DNA of 64,000 nucleotides, taken from NCBI GenBank assembly GCA_965249315.1, contig OZ252225.1, forward strand, positions 864,508 through 928,507, given 5' to 3'. The stretch comes from Dehalococcoidia bacterium. GTDB lineage: Bacteria > Chloroflexota > Dehalococcoidia > Lucifugimonadales > UBA1127. This document shows, piece after piece, positions 16,750 to 30,717 of the stretch. The position numbers and the translations under genes were made by a program. Position 1 is the first letter of the stretch. Each line of letters starts with the position of its first letter. Below the pieces are notes generated by a model that did not search any database, was not told the DNA's origin, and was given only the letters and a program-made list of their open reading frames with translations.

Positions 16750-17744
16750 TGCGCCCCCCGAGGGTAAGGCAAGGAGAGGGCCAACTCCTCCAGGGCCAGC
16801 CGGGGGTTCACGTTGCGGTCCAGCAGGTCCTGGGTGCGAAGGACCGCCCGAAGGGCCGCAACCAGCTCCTGAACGGTAAATCCCTGGGCTTGCTCCCTGG
16901 TCGTGGGGTCGGCCTGGACGGCTACGTTGACAGCACCGGCCCTGACCACGAGCAGGTCCCGCCACCACGCGCTCCACAGCTCCAGCACCTCCCGCACGGC
17001 CGATCGCTCCTGGGCGAGCAAGGCTGCGAGCTCCCCGGCGTGGGCGAAGCGCTCCTCCAAGGAGCCGCCACTCACCTTGATCAGCCGCTCCAGCCGACGT
17101 GCGCGGGTCTCCAGGACTGTCGGGTCTCGCCAGGCGCGCAGGGCCCAGCCGATGCTCCCACGACACAGTCGAGCCAACTCCTGAGCCTGATCAGAGGGCA
17201 CCTCCCATCGACTCTCAAGCGCCTGGGCCACCGCCTCCTCCGCCAGAGGCCGATGCTCCAACCGCTGGCAGCGCGAGCGGATGGTGGGAAGGACGGCTTC
17301 GGCGTTTGTCGCTAGGAGGACAAGCAGCACGTGAGGCGGAGGCTCCTCCAGGGTCTTCAATAGCGCGTTGGCCGCCGGTTCGCTGAGGTACTCCGCGCCG
17401 TCGATGATGGTGACGCGCCATTGCCCCTCGAAGGGGCGCAGGTAGGCCTGTCGCTGGACCTCCCGCACGGCGTCAATGCTGATGGCCCGTTGTCCCGCGA
17501 CCTCCTGGACCTCCAGGACGCGAACGTCCGGGTGGCGCCCCTCATCGATGTGACGGCACTGGTCGCACTCACCGCAGGGCGGCGCCGCGCCCCTGCAGTT
17601 CACCGCCTTGGCGAGGGCCAAGGCCACCGTACCCTTTCCAACATGGGGAGGCCCGACGAGGAGGTAGGCAGGCGCCAGTCGGTCCTGGACTCGCGCCCGG
17701 TCCAGGAGCTGCACCACTCCCTGATGGCCGACGACTCCCCACAT
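16746..17744 (-). CDS. holB: DNA polymerase III subunit delta'
   Basis: AYLLVGPPHVGKGTVALALAKAVNC...CGECDQCRHI (zinc module), a SRC motif (TIRSRCQ), and synteny with a yaaT-like gene downstream. Confidence 0.85.
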   Translation of the reverse strand: MWGVVGHQGVVQLLDRARVQDRLAPAYLLVGPPHVGKGTVALALAKAVNCRGAAPPCGECDQCRHIDEGRHPDVRVLEVQEVAGQRAISIDAVREVQRQAYLRPFEGQWRVTIIDGAEYLSEPAANALLKTLEEPPPHVLLVLLATNAEAVLPTIRSRCQRLEHRPLAEEAVAQALESRWEVPSDQAQELARLCRGSIGWALRAWRDPTVLETRARRLERLIKVSGGSLEERFAHAGELAALLAQERSAVREVLELWSAWWRDLLVVRAGAVNVAVQADPTTREQAQGFTVQELVAALRAVLRTQDLLDRNVNPRLALEELALSLPYPRGAQ

Positions 17745-17747
17745 GGC

Positions 17748-19064
17748 CTAGACCCGCTCGGTGCGCAGCATGTCCTCCACCGACTCGCGGAGTCGGATCA
17801 GACGAGCGTTCCCATCCTTGACCAGGGCAATGGGAGGGCGAGCGTTCAGGTTGTAGTTGCTGGCCATCGACGGCGCGTAGGCGCCCGCGGCAGGGAGGGC
17901 TATCAGGTCGCCCGGCGCCATGGGCGGCAGCGGGGCATCTCGAACGAGAATGTCCCCCGACTCGCAGAACTTGCCCGCTACGGTTACTACGCGATCGTGG
18001 GGCTCCGTCATTCGATTGGCCGCCACTGCTTCGTAGCGAGCGTCGTAGAGCGCGGGACGGATGTTGTCCCCCATGCCACCGTCGACGGCGACGAAGGTCC
18101 GTACACCGGGAATCTCCTTGACCGCACCCACGGTGTACACGGAGACACCCGCGGGGCCGGAGATTGCCCGGCCGGGTTCGATGATCAGCCGCGGCGAGGG
18201 AAATCCGTAGGTCTCGCACGCCCTGTGCGCGGCCTCCACGATGGTCTGCGCGTACTCGGCGGGAGTCGGCGGGTGCTGGTCCCGGGTGTAGGCGATGGCG
18301 AAGCCGCCGCCGGGGCTGAACTCCTCCATCTGGAACCCTTCCTCGCGGAAGGGAGCGGCAAAGGCCATGACAGCGTCAACCCCCGCCGCGTAGGGCTCCA
18401 ACTCGAAGATTGGGGAGCCAAGGTGGAAGTGGAGGCCAACCAGCCGAAGATGGGGCGAGCGCAGGGCCCTGCGCATCGCTTCTGCAGCGTCCCCAGTGGC
18501 CAGGGGAAGCCCGAACTTGCTGTCCAACACTCCGGTTGTGGTGTGAGCGTGGGTGTGAGGGTCGACGCCGGGCGTGATGCGGAGGAGGATACTCTGGGTC
18601 TGGCCTCGCGCGGCGGCCAGAACTTCCAGCCGTTCCAGCTCCGGCAGGTTGTCCACCACAATCCGGCCCACCCCGTAGTCCATGGCCTGCGCCAGCTCCG
18701 CCTCGGACTTATTGTTGCCGTGGAAGTAGATGGACTCCGGGGGAAACCCCACACTCTGGGCCACCGCCAGCTCTCCACCGGAGACGACGTCAAGGCCCAA
18801 CCCCTCTTCCTGGACCAGTCGGGCCAGCGCGGGGCCCACGTAGGCCTTCGCCGCATAGACGACCTGGGTGTCGGGATGCACGCTGCGGAAGGCCTCCTGG
18901 AAGGCGCGGCACCGACCTCGGAGGGTCTCCTCGCAGAAGATGTAGAGGGGGGTGCCGAACTCACGGGCCATGTCCCCCACGTCAACTCCTCCCACCTCCA
19001 GGTTGCCATGGGCGTTTACGCGCCCCGTGTCCGGGAAGACGTGCTGAAGCTCGGCGTAGTCCAC
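17748..19064 (-). CDS. lysA: Diaminopimelate decarboxylase
   Basis: FGTPLYIF..., YAAKAY (PLP Lys region), HFHLGSPI, EPGRAISG, CESGD. I prefer GTG 19064, directly preceded by CGAGGAGGTCAC, over the track start 19097. Confidence 0.9.
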   Translation of the reverse strand: MDYAELQHVFPDTGRVNAHGNLEVGGVDVGDMAREFGTPLYIFCEETLRGRCRAFQEAFRSVHPDTQVVYAAKAYVGPALARLVQEEGLGLDVVSGGELAVAQSVGFPPESIYFHGNNKSEAELAQAMDYGVGRIVVDNLPELERLEVLAAARGQTQSILLRITPGVDPHTHAHTTTGVLDSKFGLPLATGDAAEAMRRALRSPHLRLVGLHFHLGSPIFELEPYAAGVDAVMAFAAPFREEGFQMEEFSPGGGFAIAYTRDQHPPTPAEYAQTIVEAAHRACETYGFPSPRLIIEPGRAISGPAGVSVYTVGAVKEIPGVRTFVAVDGGMGDNIRPALYDARYEAVAANRMTEPHDRVVTVAGKFCESGDILVRDAPLPPMAPGDLIALPAAGAYAPSMASNYNLNARPPIALVKDGNARLIRLRESVEDMLRTERV

Positions 19065-19181
19065 GTGACCTCCTCGTTGCGGGCTGGACGGACGCACTCC
19101 ATTATACCCAGCCGGGCCGGGTGTGACTGCAACTCCCGAGAGCAGAATCGTTCAGGGTTGGAGAAGGCCGGGAGGGGGCTA

Positions 19182-19211
19182 TTGACAAGAAGGATGTGGG
19201 TGGCGTAGCAT
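19182..19211 (+). promoter_or_regulatory. Sigma70-type promoter for rpoBC (TTGACA-N18-TAGCAT)
   Basis: ctaTTGACAagaaggatgtgggtggcgTAGCATctat, about 116 nt upstream of the rpoB ATG (19328). Confidence 0.5.
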
Positions 19212-19279
19212 CTATATTCGGCGAAATATGGCCTTTCAATCCACTGCCATTTGCCCCGAAATCCCCAGGCCCAGGTTCT

Positions 19280-19298
19280 GCGCGCCCGATCGGCGCGC
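19280..19298 (+). promoter_or_regulatory. All-GC stem-loop in the rpoB leader (GCGCGCC-cgatc-GGCGCGC)
   Basis: Perfect 7-bp G/C stem (8 bp with the inner C:G pair), 30 nt upstream of the rpoB start and just before the AAGGAG SD. Confidence 0.4.
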
Positions 19299-19327
19299 GT
19301 GAAGAGACTCCCAAGGAGCGAAGTAGT

Positions 19328-22300
19328 ATGGCGCTGACTCCCGTTGCGCGCAACGGCCAATCTATCCCCGTCCGGTCCTACGCACGAGTCCCGCAATCCC
19401 TGGATGTGCCCCACCTGGTCCAAATGCAGATCGATGCCTTCGAGTGGCTCAAGGTGGTGGGCATCCGGGAGCTGCTGGACGAGGTCTCGCCCATCGAGGA
19501 CTTCACCCAGAACCGCTTCGAGCTCTCCTTCGAGAGCCACGAGTTCCGGCAGCCCAAGTACACGCCCGAGGAGTGCCGCGACAAGGAGACCACGTACGAC
19601 GCTCCGCTGTTCATCACGACCAAGCTGCTGGTGAAGGACACCCAGGAGATCAAGGAGCAGCCCCTGTTCTTTGGCGACCTGCCGATCATGACGGACCGGG
19701 GGACCTTCATCATCAACGGAGCAGAGCGGGTGGTCGTGAGCCAGCTCGTGCGCTCTCCCGGCGCGTACTTCACGCTGCAGACCGACCCGTCGACCGGCCG
19801 CGGCCTGGCTTCGGGGAAGCTCATCCCCTACCGGGGCGCCTGGCTGGAGTTTGAGACCACCTCCCGCGACCTGCTGATGGTAAAGGTGGACCGGAAGCGC
19901 AAGGCGCCCGTCACCACCCTCCTGCGTGCCATGGGCTACGTGACGGACGAGGAGATCCTCGCCCTGTTTGTGGACGTGGACACGAACCCGAACCGCCACT
20001 ACGTGACTACCACCCTCGGCAAGGACCCGGTGGACACAGAGCGAGTGGGGCGGTACTCGGAGGGAGACCTGAAGGCGCTCTGGGAGCGGTTGCGTCCCGA
20101 CGTGGAGTACACCCGCGAGGCGGGTCGGGTGCTGGCGGCTGCACGGCTGGAGTTCTACAGAAGGATGCGCCCCGGAGAGCCCCCCAGCCTTGAGAACGCG
20201 AACGTCCTTCTGGACAACCTCTTCAACAACCCGCGTCGCTACGACCTGGGGCGGGTAGGACGGTACAAGCTCAACCGTCGCCTTAGCCTGGATGCCTCCC
20301 CGGACCAGCGCATTCTCACGCAGAAAGACCTCGTGGCCGTGCTTCGGGAGCTCATACGGGTGAACAACGGCCACAGCGAGGCCGACGACATCGACCACCT
20401 GGGCAACCGACGAGTCCGCGCCGTGGGAGAGCTCATCCAGAACCAGCTGCGCGTGGGCTTTCTCCGCATGGAGCGTGTGATCAAGGAGCGAATGACCATC
20501 GTCGAGCCGGAGGTGGCTACCCCCGCCGCGCTGGTCAACATCAGACCCGTTGTGGCCGCCATACGGGAGTTCTTCGCCGGGTCGCAGCTGTCCCAGTTCA
20601 TGGACCAGCCGAACCCGCTGGCGGAGCTGACGCACAAGCGCCGCCTCTCCGCCCTTGGGCCCGGCGGCCTCTCCAGGGACCGAGCAGGCTTCGACGTGCG
20701 GGACGTCCACCACTCCCACTACGGCCGCATCTGCCCCATCGAGACCCCGGAGGGGGCCAACATCGGTCTCCTGGGCTCCCTGGCAACCTACGCCCGCATC
20801 AACGAGTTCGGCTTCCTGGAGACGCCATACCGTCGCGTGTACCGGGAGCTGTCCAACAAGGACGGGGAGCTGGAGGGACGCACGCTCACCGCCGACGTGA
20901 TCAACAAGAAGCGGAAGCTAGTGGCTTCCGCAGGCGACGTGATAGACCAGGCCATGTTCCACAGGATCAAGGCCCTGGCGCCTCGCACCGTCGCCATCCG
21001 GCCCTTCGTTTCGATGCGGCCCGAGGACATCGTCTACCTGCCGGCCGACGAAGAGGAGAAGCGCGTCGTCGCGCAGGCCAACATCCCAACGGACGATCGG
21101 GGGCAGCTCATCCCGGACAAGGTGGAGACCCGGACCCAGGCACAGCCGTCCATCGAGTCCGTGGAGCTGGTGGACCTGATGGACGTTTCCCCCATGCAGA
21201 TCGTCAGCGTCTCAACCGCGCTGATCCCGTTCCTGGAGCACGACGACGCCAACAGGGCCCTCATGGGTTCGAACATGCAGCGACAGGCCGTGCCCCTCCT
21301 TCGCCCCGACGCCCCTCTGGTGGCCACGGGGATGGAGCAGCGAGTGGCCGTGGACAGCGGCCACGTAGCCCTGGCCAAGACGCCGGGTGTGGTGACCCAC
21401 GTTGACGGGTCCGTCGTCGTGGTCACGGACCCAGCAGGACAGGCCCACACCTACCGGCTCACCAAGTTCCTTCGCAGCAACCAGAGCACCTGCATCAACC
21501 AGCGTCCTCTGGTGACGGTGGGGCAGCAGGTACAGGTGGGAGACCCGCTGGCGGACTCCTCTTCGACCGATCAGGCGGAGCTGGCCCTAGGCCAGAACGT
21601 GCTTGTGGCCTTCATGATCTGGGAGGGCTACAACTTCGAGGACGCCATTATCATCGGCGAGACCCTGGTGCGGGACGACAAGTTCACGTCCGTCCACATC
21701 GAGAAGTACGAATGCCAGGCCCGGCAGACCAAGCTGGGCGACGAAGAGGTCACCCGCGACATCACGAACGTGGGCGAAGAGGCGCTCCGAGACCTGGACG
21801 AGGAGGGCATCATCCGCGTGGGTGCGGAGGTTGGCCCCGGCGACGTCCTGGTCGGCAAGATCACGCCAAAGGGCGAGACCGAACTCACCGCCGAAGAGAA
21901 GCTGCTGCGGGCCATCTTCGGGGAGAAGGCCCGCGACGTGAAGGACACGTCGCTGCGGGTCCCCCACGGCGAACGTGGCAAGATCATTGGCGTTCGGGCA
22001 CTGGCCCGGGGAGGCCGGGAGGAGCTGCCGCCGGGCGTGAACCGGTCGGTACGCGTGTGGGTTGCCCAGACGCGCAAGGTCACGGTGGGTGACAAGATGG
22101 CGGGCCGCCACGGCAACAAGGGAGTCATCTCCCGAGTGTTGCCCGTGGAGGACATGCCCTACCTGGAGGACGGCACCTCAGCAGAGCTCATCCTGAACCC
22201 CATCGGCGTCCCCTCCCGGATGAACCTGGGGCAGGTGCTCGAGACCCACCTGGGCTGGGTGGCCAACTCCCTTGGCTTCCGCGCCCTGAGCCCGGTGTTC

Positions 22301-23272
22301 GAAGGAGCCCGGGACATAGCAATCGAAGACGGTCTGGCCCGAGTCTGGTTCCTCCAAGCCTCCGGCGCAGTGGACCAGCGAGACCCGGACCATCCGGTGG
22401 TCCAGTGGGAGCGCGTGTGGGAGTGGCTGAGCCAACGCGGCTACGACGGCGACCGTCTCTTCGACGACGCCATTGTGGGCGAGGCGAGACACGCCGGCCT
22501 GGAGCTCTGGCTGCGGGAGGTTGCGGAGGAGGACCCCACCGGAATGAGCGAGGCGGAGATGCTTCGGCTCACCCGCCAGGTCAGCCAGGAGCGGCACCTG
22601 GCTCCGCCCATCCTGGGAAAGATGACGCTCTACGACGGCCGCACGGGACAGCCCTTCGACCATCCGGTAACAGTGGGCTACATCTACATGATGAAGCTTA
22701 TCCACCTTGTCGAGGACAAGATCCACGCCCGTTCGACGGGGCCGTACTCCCTCATCACGCAGCAGCCTCTGGGCGGCAAGGCCCAGTTCGGCGGACAGCG
22801 CTTCGGGGAGATGGAGGTCTGGGCGCTGGAAGCCTACAGCGCCGCCTACAACCTGCAGGAGATGCTCACGGTCAAGTCGGACGACGTCCTGGGCCGGCAG
22901 AAGACCTATGAGGCCATAGTCAAGGGCGAGGACGTCAGCCAACTGGGCGTGCCGGAATCCTTCTACGTCCTCCTCAAGGAGCTCCAAGCCTTGGGCCTTG
23001 CCGTGGAGCTGCGCAGCGAGGAAGACGAAGAGCAGCTGCTCGCCGAGGACGGCCACGGGGCCCAGTTCGGCGAGGAGGACTTTGCCGAGCTGACTGACGG
23101 CGTAGAGGTGGAGGCCGCGGCAGAAGCCCCAGCCAACGCCCAAGCGTCAGAGACGCAAGCGACCGCAGACGGAGAGACACAGCAGCCCGAAACCCCGACC
23201 GAGACTCCGGCCCAGACTCCGCAAGAGGAGCCGGTCCAGGTGGAGAGCGCCGCGCCCAGCCAAGAGATGTAA
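19328..23272 (+). CDS. rpoB: DNA-directed RNA polymerase subunit beta
   Basis: Start at ATG 19328 (AAGGAG SD), giving [41 protein letters not shown]. Conserved blocks are present throughout ([45 protein letters not shown]). The track start 19196 adds a non-conserved extension upstream of the promoter's +1. Confidence 0.98.
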   Translation: MALTPVARNGQSIPVRSYARVPQSLDVPHLVQMQIDAFEWLKVVGIRELLDEVSPIEDFTQNRFELSFESHEFRQPKYTPEECRDKETTYDAPLFITTKLLVKDTQEIKEQPLFFGDLPIMTDRGTFIINGAERVVVSQLVRSPGAYFTLQTDPSTGRGLASGKLIPYRGAWLEFETTSRDLLMVKVDRKRKAPVTTLLRAMGYVTDEEILALFVDVDTNPNRHYVTTTLGKDPVDTERVGRYSEGDLKALWERLRPDVEYTREAGRVLAAARLEFYRRMRPGEPPSLENANVLLDNLFNNPRRYDLGRVGRYKLNRRLSLDASPDQRILTQKDLVAVLRELIRVNNGHSEADDIDHLGNRRVRAVGELIQNQLRVGFLRMERVIKERMTIVEPEVATPAALVNIRPVVAAIREFFAGSQLSQFMDQPNPLAELTHKRRLSALGPGGLSRDRAGFDVRDVHHSHYGRICPIETPEGANIGLLGSLATYARINEFGFLETPYRRVYRELSNKDGELEGRTLTADVINKKRKLVASAGDVIDQAMFHRIKALAPRTVAIRPFVSMRPEDIVYLPADEEEKRVVAQANIPTDDRGQLIPDKVETRTQAQPSIESVELVDLMDVSPMQIVSVSTALIPFLEHDDANRALMGSNMQRQAVPLLRPDAPLVATGMEQRVAVDSGHVALAKTPGVVTHVDGSVVVVTDPAGQAHTYRLTKFLRSNQSTCINQRPLVTVGQQVQVGDPLADSSSTDQAELALGQNVLVAFMIWEGYNFEDAIIIGETLVRDDKFTSVHIEKYECQARQTKLGDEEVTRDITNVGEEALRDLDEEGIIRVGAEVGPGDVLVGKITPKGETELTAEEKLLRAIFGEKARDVKDTSLRVPHGERGKIIGVRALARGGREELPPGVNRSVRVWVAQTRKVTVGDKMAGRHGNKGVISRVLPVEDMPYLEDGTSAELILNPIGVPSRMNLGQVLETHLGWVANSLGFRALSPVFEGARDIAIEDGLARVWFLQASGAVDQRDPDHPVVQWERVWEWLSQRGYDGDRLFDDAIVGEARHAGLELWLREVAEEDPTGMSEAEMLRLTRQVSQERHLAPPILGKMTLYDGRTGQPFDHPVTVGYIYMMKLIHLVEDKIHARSTGPYSLITQQPLGGKAQFGGQRFGEMEVWALEAYSAAYNLQEMLTVKSDDVLGRQKTYEAIVKGEDVSQLGVPESFYVLLKELQALGLAVELRSEEDEEQLLAEDGHGAQFGEEDFAELTDGVEVEAAAEAPANAQASETQATADGETQQPETPTETPAQTPQEEPVQVESAAPSQEM

Positions 23273-23320
23273 ACGCAGCCGCTGTGAGGCCACTGGGAAT
23301 CCCCAGGGAGGAAGACACCC

Positions 23321-27430
<4,110 letters not shown>

Positions 27431-27446
27431 GTCATTCCCGGCACGA

Positions 27447-27455
27447 TGCTAGAAT
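27447..27455 (+). promoter_or_regulatory. Extended -10 element (TGcTAGAAT) just after the rpoC stop
   Basis: gaTGCTAGAATgcc lies 17 nt after the rpoC stop and 44 nt before ATG 27499. I see no obvious terminator between rpoC and the next gene. Confidence 0.35.
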
Positions 27456-27498
27456 GCCAGACCGGCTCATCCAGAACCATCCCTGAAGAGGGGGCCGC

Positions 27499-28533
27499 AT
27501 GAGTGTCCTCTACATCGCCGGGACGGAGCAGGGCGCTGGCGTGACCGCTTTGGCTACGGCCACAGCGCGCCACCTGGCCGAGCAGGGCCGGTCCGTCTCC
27601 CTGCTGAAGCCGCTACGCCTCGTGAACGAAGGGTCCCCACCCGGACCCGACCCCGACGTCGAGTTCTACGCCAAGGTGGTGCCGGACATCGACCGTCCAG
27701 AGGGCTGGCCCCTGGAGGCGACTGTAGACCAGCTGGCCGAGGACCCGGGCCTTCTCCAGAAGGCAGCCGAGACGGTGGCTGGACTCGCCGGAGACGGCAA
27801 GAGCGTCATCGTCGAAGGCCTGGCGGCCGGCGCGGACACGGCGGAGGCTTCGGCAGCGCTGGCCCGCGCACTGAACGCCCGCGTCATCGTTGCCGGAAGA
27901 TACCAGCCCTCCATGACGGGTCAGGAGCTCCGGCAGGCCTGCGACCAGTTCGGAGAGAGCCTCGCTGGCGTGGTCCTGAACCGCGTCTACCGCCATCGAG
28001 GTCACGACGCTTCGGATCGTCTCGGCCCGGCCATCGAGTCGGAGGGTGTCCGGGTGCTGGGGCAAATCCCCGAAGACCGGCGCATGCTGGCTCCCAGCGT
28101 GCGAGACCTGGCCGAGCATCTGGACGGAGAGTTTCTGCTCTTCCCGGAGCGGGGCGATGCGCTGGTGGAGTACGTGATGACGGGAGGCTGGTTCCTGGAC
28201 CAGGGCATCCACGTCTTCTCCCGCCGGGAGAACAAGGCCGTGGTGGTGCGGGGAGACAGGCCCGACCTGCAGATGGCCGCCCTGGAGACCTCCACGGTCT
28301 GCCTGATACTGACGGGAGGGATGAACCCCATCCAGTACGTCACCTACCACGCGGAACAAGAAGAGGTGCCGCTCGTCCAGGTACCGCACTCAACCCTGGA
28401 GACGCTGCAGCGCCTGCATACGGTGGACCAACGGGTCTCGGTACGCCATACGGACAAAGTGGCCCGCTACGCCGATCTCATGGCACAGCACTGCCGAATG
28501 GAAGATATCCTCGGGGCGATTGACGACCGCTGA
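27499..28533 (+). CDS. Stand-alone phosphotransacetylase N-terminal-like module (BioD-like domain + DRTGG domain), no PTA catalytic domain
   Basis: YIAGTEQGAGVTALATATARHLAEQGRSVSLLKP parallels the E. coli Pta N-terminus (IPTGTSVGLTS...RLSVFKP) as I recall it. The C-terminal part carries the DRTGG signature (VVRGDRPDLQMAALETSTVCLILTGGMNP). Confidence 0.7.
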   Translation: MSVLYIAGTEQGAGVTALATATARHLAEQGRSVSLLKPLRLVNEGSPPGPDPDVEFYAKVVPDIDRPEGWPLEATVDQLAEDPGLLQKAAETVAGLAGDGKSVIVEGLAAGADTAEASAALARALNARVIVAGRYQPSMTGQELRQACDQFGESLAGVVLNRVYRHRGHDASDRLGPAIESEGVRVLGQIPEDRRMLAPSVRDLAEHLDGEFLLFPERGDALVEYVMTGGWFLDQGIHVFSRRENKAVVVRGDRPDLQMAALETSTVCLILTGGMNPIQYVTYHAEQEEVPLVQVPHSTLETLQRLHTVDQRVSVRHTDKVARYADLMAQHCRMEDILGAIDDR

Positions 28534-28584
28534 GTCAGCTCGGTGGCTGCTCTTCGGCCCGCTGCTTCTCTGTTCCTTCCTGTC

Positions 28585-28845
28585 CTACAACCCCTTCTTC
28601 CACTTGGAATACTCCATAAAGGCCTGCCAAGCCCAAAGAGCAACTATGCCCAAGACAGCGATTGGTCTTGATAGCCCCAACGGAGGTTCCGAGTAGCCAG
28701 TCGACCAAAGAACCGCAATCAGCACCACGAAGGGCGCCAACCACAGCGTCCGTCTGAACTTATCGCGGTGTGAGGCGTTCCACCACGACAAGCCAGTTGT
28801 ACGTTTGGGTTCTCGTGCGGGCCCTTCCTGTCTCTTGTTGGACAT
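28585..28845 (-). CDS. Hypothetical small membrane protein (2 predicted TM helices)
   Basis: 86 aa with a GGAGAG SD 8 nt upstream of ATG 28845 and two hydrophobic stretches (LWLAPFVVLIAVLW, IAVLGIVALWAWQAF). Local G+C is about 55%, clearly below the flanks. I recognise no family. Confidence 0.4.
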   Translation of the reverse strand: MSNKRQEGPAREPKRTTGLSWWNASHRDKFRRTLWLAPFVVLIAVLWSTGYSEPPLGLSRPIAVLGIVALWAWQAFMEYSKWKKGL

Positions 28846-28933
28846 GGGTATAGCTCTCCGTTGGCCTAGTGGAAACGCCGTATCAGCTCCTTCTCGCGTG
28901 ACTGCTGCGCTTCCCGCTTATCTAAATCGACGC

Positions 28934-29605
28934 TTACTCCTCGGCCTCGGGACGCAGACCGCTGCGCTCCCGATAAAGCCGCTCCTCCGCCTCCACGACC
29001 TCCGGGGCAAGCAGCTTCGCTCGGCCCAGGGAACGGGACAGGATGAAGACCTGGGCGGCCCGCTCAACGAGCTCGGTGAGCTCCAGCGCCTCATCGATGT
29101 CGCACCCGACCGCGACCAGCCCGTGATTGCGGAGCAGAGCAGCCTTGCGCTCCCCCAGCGCATCGCACGCCTTGGCGCCCAGGTCCGCGCTACCCGGCAG
29201 TGCATAGTCCGACACCTGTACCGCGCCCCCCACCAGGACCACCAGCTCATCGAGCAGCGGCGGGACTTCCAGTCCGGCTACGGCGCACGCACTCGCATGG
29301 ACGGGGTGGCTGTGCACGACGGCGTTCGCATCACCCCGCGCCTGGTACAGACTCAGATGGAGAGGAAACTCCGACGAGGGGGCATGCGCGCCGTCCCGCT
29401 GGACGCCTTCGGCATCCACAATGCAGATGTCGTGGGTCTCCAGGGTTGCGTGGGGACGACGCGTGGGAGTGATTGCGACCAGTAGCTCAGCCGTCGGAAG
29501 GCGAACGCTCAGGTTGCCACTGGCCCGGCCCACAAGCCCCAGGCGGGCTAGCTCCCGGGCAGCCCCTGCCACCTGGGCCTTCTGGATATCCCACTCGCCG
29601 GCCAC
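28934..29605 (-). CDS. Class II aldolase/adducin-family protein (L-fuculose-phosphate aldolase / MtnB-like)
   Basis: RASGNLSVR..., SSEFPLHLSLY..., AVVHSHPVHA (metal His cluster), LLRNHGLVAVG. I prefer GTG 29605 (AAAGGTG upstream). The track ORF's first 60 aa look non-coding. Confidence 0.75.
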   Translation of the reverse strand: MAGEWDIQKAQVAGAARELARLGLVGRASGNLSVRLPTAELLVAITPTRRPHATLETHDICIVDAEGVQRDGAHAPSSEFPLHLSLYQARGDANAVVHSHPVHASACAVAGLEVPPLLDELVVLVGGAVQVSDYALPGSADLGAKACDALGERKAALLRNHGLVAVGCDIDEALELTELVERAAQVFILSRSLGRAKLLAPEVVEAEERLYRERSGLRPEAEE

Positions 29606-29765
29606 GTGTGCACCTTTCAGTCGACCTACCCCGCGTCGGGGCACCCGTATTGTACTGGCCCAGCTGGGGTGAGGCCAGCAGCGGCCGGAGCAGGGAGGCA
29701 GGAAACCGGATTCCCCTATACTTGTGATTGCAGGACGAAGAGCCACGCAGGCAATGAGGTGAGGC

Positions 29766-30674
29766 TTGGCAACACACGTGGTCACGGGGGCGTTCAGCTA
29801 CACGGGCAAGTACATCGCTCGGGATCTGCTTGCGGAGGGCCACACGGTGCGGACGCTCACCGGCCACCCAAGACCCTCGGACCATCTGAGCCGGGAGGTG
29901 GAGACCTTCCCCCTTGACTTCACCAACACGCAATCCCTGGCCCAGGCCCTGCACGGCGCGGACTGCCTGTTCAACACCTACTGGATACGCTTCCCCCGGC
30001 GCCGCCTGACCTTTGCGACAGCGGTAGCCAACACCCGAACTCTGATCGACGCGGCCATGGAGGCGGGCGTCCGGCGCATCGTCCACGTCAGCATCACCAA
30101 CGCCTCGTCCGCCTCTCCGCTGCCCTACTTTCGAGGCAAGGGACTGGTGGAGGAGGCGATTGCCGGCTCCGGCCTCTCCTACGCCATCCTCCGACCCACC
30201 CTGATCTTTGGAGTGGAGGACATCCTGCTGAACAACATCGCCTGGGCCGTGCGACGCTTCCCGATCATGCCAATTCCGGGCGACGGGACCTATGAGCTGC
30301 AGCCCATCTCCGTGGAGGACCTGGCGTCGCTAGCCGTCGATAGCGCCAAGGGGGAGGGTCGGGCCGTCATGGACGCGGTTGGACCTGAGCGCTACAGCTA
30401 CGAGGGTCTGGTGCGCCTCGTCGCCGATGTGCTCGGCAAGCGGCCCTGGTTGCTCAAACTCCCCGAAGAGGTGGCGCTGGGCCTGTCGCGGGTGCTGGGC
30501 CTGCTCCTGCGCGACACGATGCTCACCCGCGACGAAGTGAAGGGGCTGACGTCCAACCTCTTGGTGTCGGACGAGCCGCCGTTGGGGACGGCGTCTCTGC
30601 GAGCGTGGCTGCAGGAGCATGTCGACGCTCTCGGCCGCCGCTATGCCTCAGAGGTAGCGCGGCACTACCGATAG
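29766..30674 (+). CDS. NAD(P)-binding atypical SDR (NmrA/NDUFA9-like epimerase/dehydratase family)
   Basis: VVTGAFSYTGKYIARDLLAEGHTVRTLT (Rossmann GxxGxxG variant) and RIVHVSITNAS...YFRGKG. TTG start 29766 (alternative GTG 29778) lies after GAGGTGAGG. Confidence 0.7.
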   Translation: MATHVVTGAFSYTGKYIARDLLAEGHTVRTLTGHPRPSDHLSREVETFPLDFTNTQSLAQALHGADCLFNTYWIRFPRRRLTFATAVANTRTLIDAAMEAGVRRIVHVSITNASSASPLPYFRGKGLVEEAIAGSGLSYAILRPTLIFGVEDILLNNIAWAVRRFPIMPIPGDGTYELQPISVEDLASLAVDSAKGEGRAVMDAVGPERYSYEGLVRLVADVLGKRPWLLKLPEEVALGLSRVLGLLLRDTMLTRDEVKGLTSNLLVSDEPPLGTASLRAWLQEHVDALGRRYASEVARHYR

Positions 30675-30717
30675 CGCGTCCGGTATGCGCTGCGGTAGTT
30701 TGGAGCTGTCGGAGGTG

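Noticed and set aside
16750-17166. N-terminal 139 aa of the 221-aa track ORF (16501-17166), which would make a larger protein upstream of the RicT-like segment.
   Set aside because: That part overlaps holB in another frame, is Arg/Gly/Pro/Ala junk, and the ATGA coupling at 16749/16746 gives a clean start for the homologous segment.
19196-19327. Track start for rpoB at 19196, adding 44 aa ([44 protein letters not shown]).
   Set aside because: The extension begins inside the predicted promoter, lacks an SD and is not beta-subunit-like. ATG 19328 has AAGGAG and yields the conserved N-terminus.
19016-20719. 567-aa minus-strand ORF antisense to rpoB. Similar cases are 23951-25600 and 25817-26953 antisense to rpoC, 2474-4165 antisense to alaS, 5058-6680 antisense to the ABC ATPase, 17421-19208 antisense to lysA/holB, 38404-40023, 40748-42247, 43201-44655 and 46344-47900.
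   Set aside because: Each lies opposite a gene with unambiguous conserved motifs. The products are low-complexity and rich in Arg, Gly and Pro, and have no SD-supported starts. They are high-GC shadow ORFs.
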